DNA of 64,000 nucleotides, taken from Nageia nagi (Eukaryota > Plantae > Pinophyta). Where the stretch lies: assembly GCA_050084985.1 (NCBI GenBank), contig JBITNC010000001.1, forward strand, positions 148,366,001 through 148,430,000, in the 5' to 3' direction. Made by a program: the position numbers and the translations under genes. Under the pieces are notes generated by a model. The model saw only the letters and a program-made list of their open reading frames with translations, searched no databases and was not told the DNA's origin. Below, piece after piece: positions 53,630 to 64,000 of the stretch (position 1 is its first letter; each line of letters starts with the position of its first letter).

Positions 53630-53940
53630 AAAGTAGGAGTTGGAAATGTGACAATAAATAGTAGAACAATTGAAAATATTCTATATGTACCAGATTTGAG
53701 AAGTAACTTGTTATCTATTATTCAAATCACTAGTGAAAGATTCAAAATAAAAATGAGTATTAATGGCTAGTGTATTAAGAGAGGATTACCAATCATTCTA
53801 GTTGGTTCGGTTAAGAATAACTTGTATATAGTAAGGAAGAATGCTTCAAATATATGTTTGGATATAGATTTGACTTCAATTTATGGCATCTCAAGCTTGG
53901 ATATATAAAGTATAAAAGTTTTCAAACAATGAAAAGAGAT
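53630..53940 (+). mobile_element. Copia protease / GAG-pre-integrase fragment
   Basis: GVGNVTI..IENILYVPDLRSNLLSI..NNLY..LWHLKLG. Confidence 0.7.
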
Positions 53941-54009
53941 ATATATATCATTGGTATTGATTGGTTTCTAGTAATCTACAAGAGTTGCACTCATCTGGGT
54001 TACCTTCTA

Positions 54010-57000
54010 CCAATTGTCAGGTTCCTTTGAATGAACTAGTAATGTGGAACACTATTTACTACACTTACATCTAATTGATCTCCAGAGAAGGTTAGTTCCT
54101 ATGACTAATTTTAAAGGTTGAAAGTAAGAAATGTATATGATTTATATATATGAGCTATAGCATGTGCTTACCACTTAAATAACAAAACAAACACATATGG
54201 ACAAAGGAAGTTGATATATCAATCAAAAAAACTTTACTAAGATAACAATCATAAATTAAACTAGGAAGCATGCATTCAAATACATAAAATAAGAATCTAA
54301 CAACCATAAGAAGGCTGGGAATACAACCTTCTATTAAGTTTGTAAAGAAGTATTACAAGGGGTGCAGAGGGAAAGCACTCAATTATGTTTTTGATCCCAT
54401 TTACACTCTTTTCTAGGGGTATATATACAAAATTTATAAAGTAGGCATCATGAATGATCCATCCATTATTATTAACAATCTTAACTTCCTAGCTATCTTT
54501 ACAATATATTTACATATAGAATTATGGATTTACAAAAATAAAACCTTACTCATGATACCACCTAATATTTATATATTATCATATATTACTTTTTTTTTAG
54601 CTTGTTAATCTTGATCTTCTACTACTTCATTGATTATGAATCTACATTCATTAATGTCATGGTTTTGAGTCCTTTCTATCTTGAATAATATAGTTAGTTG
54701 TAGCTCATTATTGGGTCAAACTTATAACTTCTATCATATCTATGAGTTTATCAATTCTCTTTTATTTGATATTGAAATCAAATTTACTGATCAAATCTCT
54801 TGGACTCATGTTATGTTTATATTCTCTAATGATAATCTTCGTTGTAACACTCATTTTGCTTTGACAAGATTTTTCTTGCTTCTAAGGATGTTGAGGGAAC
54901 TATTTCTTTAATACAATACATTAAGCCTATTTATGTTTGTTATTCTAAGAGTTTTTATTATTCCTATAACTATTTATTTATGGAAAACTTAGGCTCATTG
55001 GATCAAGTTGAATCATATGCTTTTTGCTCCTTTGTATTTCTTATCAAGAATTTATTTACAAGACTAGGTTGTGAGGGATTCCTTTTGAATTTGATCTTTC
55101 TGACTACATGAAGGTTTTGATACCTTGATCCTTTAGTGCTTAGCCTTGGTATTTTAGTCATTGGGTATTCCATTTTTTTGCTTCTCTTCTTGCTAAGAGT
55201 TTTTAATTTTTTGGCCAACCTTTGGCTTCAAAATATCTAAACGACTTGATAAGTAACAATGTAATTTAATCAATCAAGGCTTTTAAACACTTTGTTTCTA
55301 ATGGTTATATCAAAATATCTTGTTGGACGAGATTTATTTTAAAATCAATTAATTATATTTTAAGTCTTTAGCAATACACTAAGACTTAGAATTGTATTTA
55401 AGTTTTTAAAATACAAGTACCTAGTCAATGAGACTAATGGAAAAATGAGCAAACTAGAGGAGGTAAAAGAATAAAAAATTATATTCAATGATGAAAAATC
55501 ATCATTTTTGGAAACTTGTGGGAACTTTTGTTTGCAGGATGGAGAAACTCTGCCTTATATTTTGGGTATGAGAATAACTTATCCTTGAGGTTTAACTAGT
55601 CTACTCAAAGGTAGATCCTATTTAACTATTATCGATTCTTCCATAGTCCAATATTTGAGAGTTTTTCTCCTTATTAAGTGTATACTCAAGAATTCAACCT
55701 TATCATAGGATATTTTAAAATATTTTAACTCTTTTTATAGCTACTTTATCAAATAATGAAAAGAATTATCTAGGATCAAAATTATCTAACCATGTAGAAA
55801 ATTGATTTGGGTCAAATGTTGCCTCAAAAAACTTAGCTTCCCACTCTTGACACAACAATAGAGCTCCATTTTAATTCCAAATAGTAGGAACTCTGTAATT
55901 GAAGAGGAGAGATAAATAATGGAGAAATTCATTGAGCTATGTTCATCTCAATTAATAAATTAAGGCCTAATGAAATAATTCCCTAATGTCATTTATTTTA
56001 ATTAATGCATCTAGTTGGTTATTCATGTTAGCAACAGGAAATTGACTAAAGGTTGTAGTTATCAACCAAACCAAATCCTCTATATTCTTCGCTGAAATTA
56101 TGTTAGTCATTAGTTGACACTCTTGCAAATCAATCTCAACATTTAAAATGGTGAAATATAAATAATGTGCATAGTCCCATAAGGGAAAAAGAGTACTTTA
56201 TTGTATCTAACATTTTTGTTCATGACTTTTTATTTATTTCTACCAAACCATTTTACCTATGTTTTTTGCTTTATTACCTTAAACTTGGCCTAAAGATAAT
56301 CATTTTCCTTCTTAATCCTTTTAACTTCTATCTTCTAAGTGTCCAAATCATCTTTAGTGGGGATTCACTTAGGGATTTTTATAAGTTGGCTATAGTATTT
56401 TCCTTTTCTTTGAGCTTGATTGCATCCTAGGCCTATTGGTGACCGTATCCCTGAGGGAGTCACTTAGTATAAAGCTTTCTAACCACATGTGAGCATGGGG
56501 TTCTTTAAAAAAAAAAAACTATTTTTAAAATTTATCACCTTCCCTATAAATTTATTAAACCCCTCATGGTAAATTCGTATATAATAAATAATAAACCTTT
56601 TTAAAAACTTACCATTTGCATGAATTTTAAATACCCCTAACCCCCTCCCCTTATAAAATACTTATCGAGATACCAATAGTTTAATAAGATATTAAAAATA
56701 CCCTTTGTATGTTCTCACATGGTATTCACCATTTCCTAACAGTGACTACCCTAGGAGCGTATGTTTGATTATTTACTTTAACCTTATCAAGCTTCCTCTT
56801 AAACTTTGTTTGATTTATAGGTAATAGATCCACTCTTGAATAAGTATATTTGACTTTATCTTCATCTCATACCTTATGTAGATCAACGTAATACAAAATT
56901 GATTGTTCATTTGATGACTATATAGAGTTTGGATGAGTGGTTAAAACTATAAATAACTTATTTTCTTAGAGTTCTATTTAACTAATTAACAAAAGTAGGG

Positions 57001-57900
57001 TAGTATATGGGATATTTTGCCTTTATTTTTGGTCCCAAGATTCCTTTTGATTCTCTATCTACTTGAAATAATCAAATGTTGATCCAACAAGAGCTATTAG
57101 ACTAGTTATTGGGGCAAAAGAGATAAGGACCACTACAATAGATAATGTGCCTTACTGTGTGGCTTTGATAACAATGAAGGTCTATGAAACTATAATTTTA
57201 TGTAAAATCAATAGTAGTTGGATCTATGGTGTCAAATTTCTTATGAGAAGGGGAAGGAGAACGAGATCAAGAGGTGAACCTTGAATGGGAAGGTGGAGGT
57301 AATGGTTACTAGGAGGATCTATTGGAGGGGTAAATAGAATATTACCTTGACCAGAGTCTTTTAGGGATAATTGCAAGGCATTCAGTTATGGCTATAAGGT
57401 ATAGGACTCGATCTAGGGATTTTGCATGGTTTGGGCTATGTTGATAATCCCAATCACCAAAGTACTTTAGTTAAGTATGTTCAAAGATTCATGTTCTTAA
57501 GAATGTGGGACTAAGATAAGGTTGATTAATATTTTTTAGTTAAGTATGGATAGAAGACACACCTAAGATAGTGTAGCTTAGATATGCTCCCTTCTCTATT
57601 TTTATATTTTTTGCCAATTCAGGTTTGATGTCCTCTGGTGAAGGTGGTATTGGATATTTGAACTTTCTAGTCCCGATAAACTTAGTTTGCTTTGATATTA
57701 AGATTGAGCCTTTAATGAAGTGTCTTCGAATTCTAAGTACTTCTTTTCTACACATGAAGATGCTTTCTCCTTTCTGTCAAGTTGCACCTAAGATTGGGCT
57801 GCTTCAACTTATTGTGAGGCACCGTCCTCATCTAAAAAAATCAATTCGTTATCTTTTTGGGAGATTTTGAATTATCTTCATCATATGCATAATCAAAATT
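54010..57900 (-). mobile_element. Highly decayed LTR retrotransposon remnant, probably Gypsy
   Basis: LTR-like composition at ~54010-54560 and weak integrase-/gag-like translations. No clean motifs or boundaries. Confidence 0.3.
56455..56751. mobile_element. Possible MITE (Tourist/Harbinger-like)
   Basis: GGGAGTCACT..AGTGACTACCC inverted ends, subterminal catgtgag/ctcacatg inverted match, AT-rich interior. TSD unclear (TGA/TAG). Confidence 0.4.
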
Positions 57901-58785
57901 TTCATTTATGTAAGTATTAAAGGGAAGGCTCACCATGTTGGATTCTTACCTATAAATAAAAAATGCATCTACTTGTGATTGCTCCATTGGTTTTAATTCA
58001 ATCTTTTCTTAAGCATCCTAGGAATAACTAGAAATTTTTGGAAGTTATCTTATAGATTTATATATAGTTTTCCACTTTTACACTAATGGAGTAATCATGA
58101 GGTAAGGGGTCTGAAACATCTATTGTTCTTCCATGTTTTCAAACATTTTTATATTAGATTTCTTTTGAGGTGTGAAGCTCAAGGGCTTCACATATTTCTA
58201 TACAATATTTTTTATTATTTTATTTAGTTCATGGACTAATGAAGTAGTTAATTCAACCAAATGTAAATATTGGTCCAAAATTATTCAAAATTAATTTTAT
58301 TTATCGACATGCATTCAAAGAGTTGTTGGTCATAAGGCCAAAATTGTAGGGGGCTAAATTATTCTTTTTAGGTTAGCACCAGCATCGAACTTACAATCTA
58401 TTGAGTCTACCCATTTACAAAATTCTAGACCAAAAACTCTATTAATAACTATCCTTAGTAGAAGTATTGGTCAAAAGGAGAAACCGTACAAAATATTGAC
58501 AATTCTATCCACCATAAAATACCAATCTTCCTTTTTAGTGGAAGGCATAATATGTTGAGCATGAAAGCTAAAACTAAAAAAAAACCATGAACTTGTAATA
58601 GAAAGGGGATTTTCTCATATATGTATATATCACCGTATTTATACTTATATTATTATTAATTGCATCTATAAATTGAAGCTAGATATTAGAAAAACTTTGT
58701 TGTTGATGGTGCAATAACATCTAGACGAACAAATAACAAAAATGGAACCTTTCGATAGAGTTCAATTTCTCCAACTACTTTTTCA

Positions 58786-58990
58786 ACATTAGCAAAATGT
58801 AGTAAGCCCAACCAAAAATAATTTTAATCTAAACCATAACCTTTGCTAGGAAAAATTAGTATATGGGTGTAACCTCTTATCACTTTTACATTAACATAAT
58901 GTAGTAAGCCCAACGAAAAATAATTTTAGCCTAAACCATGACCTTTGCTAGGAAAAATTGGTATATGGGTGTAGACTCTTATCACTTTTT
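58786..58990. repeat. Tandem duplication, 102-bp unit x2
   Basis: aatgtagtaagcccaac..ctcttatcactttt occurs twice. Confidence 0.88.
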
Positions 58991-59169
58991 AAGATAAAAT
59001 GGTAGCCATCATGCTACAGAGCTCATGGGTGTTCCTTTTGAATTTTAAAATATCAAAATCCATGTTTAGTTGGTGAATTTATCCAAGATTGAATTGATCC
59101 AAGTGAAAACAACTTTATCCTTAAAATATATTGAAGTCTCTCTGTAGAAATCATATCATTTTTTGGGAC

Positions 59170-61068
59170 TTCAACTCATCAGGTACAACAAATGGGCGAT
59201 AATAGGGATGATTACAAAGAAAAAGGGACCATCTTCAAGTACTTTTGAAATGAGTGGAGCAGGAAACTTAACGGTCAGCAATGGCAGAGCAGGGGCGAAG
59301 CCTAGTTCGGTAGGCATCGGTAGATCAGAGGAGCGTGTAGATTCGGGGAAGGTTACGTCCAGCAATAATGGAACAGGTGTGATGTCTGTTACTGCAGGCG
59401 ATGATGGAATAAACGTGCCTGTTGATACGGTTCAACAGAAGACGGCTACTACTTTTGTCGAGTAGGAAAAAGGATGTGAGACATTTATTGATGTTTTGAA
59501 GGCTCGTGAGCATGATATTCCAGACAAAAGGGGACCCATCAAGGGTCAAGGTTGGAGCAGAGACGATGACGGCAAAGCCAAAGAAGAAGACTTAGGCACA
59601 GGTAGTCAGTGGCTACCAACAGGCCACGGTTTCGCCCCCCTTGGTAAGTACGCACAAACTTGAAGCTAAGGACAGCTTTTTGGTTATTCCCCTGAGATAA
59701 CAGATTCATTGAAAGCTGGGAAATTTCATGGTACAAGAACAGACATAGATGCTTTGTGCCACTGTGATGATAAAAGTGTTAAAAGAGTCTAAATTAGATG
59801 TAATGAAGCATAGAATTTGGAGAGGTGCAAGTTGTTTAGCAGTACCCTCAAGAGGCTTCTCTGGAGGGTTAATTTTCTTTTGGGATCAGAATAAACTTTA
59901 AGGTAGAGAGATTTGTAGCTAATGATTGATTTGTTTCCATTATGTTTACTGCTAAGGAAGACGATACTCTTTGGATTTTGACAAATGTTTATGCCCCTAC
60001 ATTGGTAGCAGGAAGAATAAATTTGTGGAGGGACTTAGGGGAGCTTAGGAAAACCTTTGAGGGTATCCCATGGGTTCTTGCAGGGGATTTCAACTCTCCT
60101 TTGTATCATTCAGATAAGAAGGGGGGAAATGAAAATTATTTAGATAACATAACAGATTTCAGCAACTTTGTTAATGATAATAAGTTAATGGATCTTGAAT
60201 TAAGAGGGGCCAAATACACTTGGTGTAACAGGAGACTTGGGAATCATTTGATCCGAGTTAGATTGAATAGATTTTTGCTCTTTCAGGAGAGCCTTCTTAG
60301 GTATGGGGATACAACTCTTAAAGCTCTTCCCCGAATCAAATCAGACCATAACCTATTAATCTGGGAAGTGGGTTAGGGGAGGACTCTTTAGCAATCCATT
60401 TCGATTGGAAAAGATGGAGACTCTCCATTCAAATTTGGAAACAGTGATTGAAGTATGGTGGGAGCAGGAGTTTGCAGAAGACAAACTAACACAAGTTGCA
60501 AAAAATTGAGATTTGTCAAGAATTGTTTAAAGGTCTAGAACAAAGAACTGTTTGGCAATGTTATGGCAAAAAAGAACTCGCAACAGAAACAACTAGCAGA
60601 TTTTGAAATTTCTTTGCAGTCAAGAGATTACAAGGAAGAGCTGAAAGCACAAGAAAATGAACTTCTTTGTGAGTGGCACAATACCCTAGCTTGAGAAGAA
60701 TGCATGTGGAGACAAAATTCAAGAGCAATCTGGCTGAAGGGGGGGACCGGAACACAAAAAAAATTCATTTGTCAACATTGAAGCATCGGAGCTTCAATAA
60801 GATGAAAAAGATCGAAGGCAGATGGAACAGGAACTAATTACCCCTTCCAAATCAAAGGGGAGGTAGTGCATTTCTTCACTAATTTAATTGGAATGGAAGA
60901 TGAGATAAATGTCGCTGCTGATAATAGACTCCTAGCTAATATTCCTAATCTAATCATGCCCGAGTTGAATGTGTTTCTGCTTGGGCATGTGAAGGAGGAG
61001 GAAGTGGAAGAGGCAATTTTTAGTATGTGCAGGGATAAAGCGCCTGGACCTAATGGGTTTTCAGCTTT
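59170..61068 (+). mobile_element. Truncated plant L1-type LINE (ORF1 tail, endonuclease, first RT motif)
   Basis: WILTNVYAP..LWRDL..PWVLAGDFN..LMDLELRGAKYTWCN..RLNRF..SDHN; WRQNSRAIWLKGGDRNTK; DKAPGPNGFS, then an abrupt end. Confidence 0.85.
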
Positions 61069-61434
61069 ACTGAATGATAGTTTCATTGTGAATTTGGCAT
61101 GGATGTGCACCATTTAAACTTATTGTTATTTCTGTCAACCATGGTGTGCTTGTTTGAGTATTTTTAATGAAGGGCAAGTATTCAATATGTGACATAAACA
61201 CCTTCGAATGTCCACACATTGAGTGATATTCAGGTATATTAAGTGAAAAACTGATGTCCATCACTAGCAGCTACATATAGACTGTATAGTTAGCATTTAA
61301 AAAAGGTGAATAAAGGAAATCTCACTATTTAGTAAAGGGAATAAACTTACACATTGTTGTTGCATAATATGTGGTTGTGTTGTCAGAGTATTCATTAATT
61401 TATTTGTTTATCTATCCAACCCATCATATTGCAG

Positions 61435-61696
61435 ATATCCATATATTACAATCATTCTGAACTTCAGCCAGATGTGGGCATTGTATTGTCTGGTGCAGTT
61501 TTATTCTGTTATACATGATGAACTTCAAGAGATCAAACCGTTGGCAAAGTTTATTAGTTTTAAAGCAATTGTATTTGCAACCTGGTGGCAGGGTGTAGCT
61601 ATCGCAATCATCTGCTCACCAAGTATTTTGGCAGATTCATTAGCAGGTGGACAAAGATTTCAGTCTGGTTTGCAGCATTTCCTCATCTGTATTGAA
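61435..61696 (+). CDS. Single internal exon of a LAZ1/TMEM184 (OST-alpha, DUF300) family gene, LAZ1 homolog 2-like
   Basis: Boundaries ttgcag|..|gtaagt. Open frame YPYITIILNFSQMWALYCLVQFY..IKPLAKFISFKAIVFATWWQG..FQSGLQHFLICIE. Confidence 0.85.
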
Positions 61697-62860
61697 GTAA
61701 GTCGCAGCATTTCTTTGTTGGATCAGTACATAAAAATTTAAGAAAAAACAAAAGAAGAAAACCAAAATTCCTCTAATCAAATATCACAAACATTTTAGAC
61801 AATTGAATAAAATGTGGACTTAGATGCAGAAAATGAACATATGATAACATGATTCAGTACCTAAGTTATCAATATTCCTTAAACCCTTGTTGTGGTTGTA
61901 TGCAATGGATCCGGTGAAGTACATCTTGTGTTGTGCTTGCACACATGCTGGATATACGACTTCCATGTTAAGGTCACATGGGCTTGATATGGGCTATCAA
62001 TCTGTATCCAACATGTCTAGAAATGCCAAGAACAGTAACTTAAATTCAATCTGCAACTAATTTAATTCCCTTATTTGTAATTCCAAGTCAACTCAACCTA
62101 AAGTCTGCCTAGAAAACACAAATTTTCTTCTTCCTTTCCACTCTTTTGTTTTTCATTTTCTGCCAGGTTGAAGGCGAGCACAGATAGGGTCAGTTTTGAA
62201 CTATTTCCTTAAACAACTTTTAGTATCATGTTCTGGTCTTTGTTATATGAGTTTGAAAAATCTGTGTACTTCAATTGATGTTTAACACACATGCACACAA
62301 AATTGCAGTGTATGTGTTTACATTTTGATTTTGATTTTCAGTAATATTAGTATAAATATATCCATAGAATATTGTATACTATGGTCCTGTAAAAACTGTG
62401 TACCTATACCAATGTCTGGCTTCATAATATACTTAGTTTATTAAAACTCCAAAAAAACAGTTCAAGAATATACAGATAGAAATAAATACTGAATAACATA
62501 TAAAAGAAGAAATAAAAGCCCCATATTTTTGTTTTTGCAGAAAGACCAAATATTGTAATCTATCAGTCCCGCAGGACACCTCAGTGCTTGCTTCTTATAA
62601 TTCAACCCACACATGCACAGATAATAGAAGCAGCTCAAGTCTATTTCCTTCCTACAACTACTGCTGACCATTCCATGCCAAAAAGTGCTGGCCAACTTGA
62701 AGATGTTTCAATTTATAATTCTTGTGACTGATGTTTGATCTTCATGATCTTGTCTATTATTCCTGATAAAGTCTGGCCATTTCATCTCTTGCATTTTCCT
62801 ACATGGATTGTAATGCTGCTTCCATGCAATCTCCCTGGCTGTTTCATTTTTTTTTTCTTT

Positions 62861-62908
62861 GTATGATTGTCTTTTGAATCCAAAGTATGATTGTCTTTTG
62901 AATCCAAA
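62861..62908. repeat. Perfect 24-bp tandem duplication
   Basis: gtatgattgtcttttgaatccaaa x2. Confidence 0.9.
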
Positions 62909-64000
62909 GATTTGATACTGAGCATCGACCATTATGTATAACAAGGCTTAGAGCCTTTTATGTTAGCTTGGCAAAGGCCATGCATTATTGTGTATGACCC
63001 TTGATTATATTTAAAATCATGTGGAATTTCATGAAACCTTGGCTTTGAAGAGGGATGTGTATGAGGGTTGGGGCCCTATCAATGTTGATGACATGTGGCA
63101 GCAGTTGATCGGTAGTAAGCATTTCAATAGTGTATTCAATATTAAGATATTAACAAGCGACCTCCATCAAATGGTGACATTATCATGATAGTGTTCAATG
63201 GCTCATTGGTTATGAAGACTGGAGTAAGAATCTTCCTCATGTTTTAAACACGATCTTTGCCCACCATTGGATTGTAGGATCCTACGCACATATTGAGAAA
63301 AAGGTCCTAGATTTATGAGAAGATATTTATTGAAGATTTGCTAGATAGGGATGTCACTGTAACCACATGTTGCCTTCTCATTAGAGGTGGAATATTGCAA
63401 GGGAATATTTTAACTATGTTAGATAAAACTTAACCCCTTGCCAAATTAGATGTTTGATGATACACCCATCATCGGTTAATAACTGGTCAAGGCCCACTTA
63501 CTTGGCAAGGCATCCATTTTTCTTCTATCATTCCTACCATCATCCAGTCATATGTAAACCATAGTTTCTGGAATCGTCAATTAATTGACAGAATCATTAA
63601 TAGGGTCTGATCGGCAAAGAAAACGATTAATCATCAACTGATTATTGCAATTTACTTTTTGTATGACGTAGCAATTTTCTCCGATTAAATGCAAATCGAA
63701 CCAAGGAAAAAAATCGGGATTAATCATGATTCTTGATGAAAAATTGTCTGACATTTTTGACAAGTGCAACAATGAAGTTAAAAACATAAAATCTCATTCA
63801 TTTCTTACATTTTCTTTCAACCATGAGCTGAGAGGAGCTAGGGGAAACAACAATTTTCATGATTTCACTGAGATTCCAAGTAAATTTTTAAATCTTTTTC
63901 TAATGGTTTTTGAATTTTGTTGGGTATTTTTCCCTAAGTTTTGCAACTGTTTTTTTCTAGTTTGTCTATGAGTTTTAGTGAGTAAATTTGTTTTATTGCA

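Noticed and set aside
59148-59182. Possible mini-exon (ctgtag..cag/gtac) as an upstream LAZ1 exon
   Set aside because: Translation does not resemble LAZ1, and it lies at the edge of an L1 fragment.
1-64000. tRNA/rRNA genes, organellar or viral insertions
   Set aside because: None recognised. The only tRNA-related sequences are retroelement PBSs.

Overview
AT-rich, transposon-dominated land-plant nuclear DNA, probably a gymnosperm (inferred from the TE landscape, the heavy C>T decay and the PPR motif style). Host genes: one intact two-exon LRR receptor-like pseudokinase (TMKL1-like, 32593-35523, +), one isolated exon of a LAZ1/TMEM184-family gene (61435-61696, +), and an RPA70-like pseudogene. 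The RPA70-like frame can be re-joined across two LTR insertions (199-1253, 13690-13813, 22258-22895). Mobile elements include a Tekay-type chromoviral Gypsy, a complete Copia, a truncated Tat-clade Gypsy, further Copia/Gypsy remnants, two different LINE types, a MULE-like foldback element and small MITEs. Two observations stand out. (1) A young, non-autonomous TRIM-like LTR element (49134-51638; 127-bp LTRs, PBS, PPT, perfect TSD) carries intron-less fragments of at least two host genes instead of gag/pol, including a still-open chimeric ORF. (2) The ~5-kb LTR of the Gypsy carries, in both copies, a ~1.4-kb array of decayed PLS-type PPR motifs, antisense to the element and downstream of a candidate LTR TATA box. 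All homology calls come from motif recognition by eye; no searches were run.
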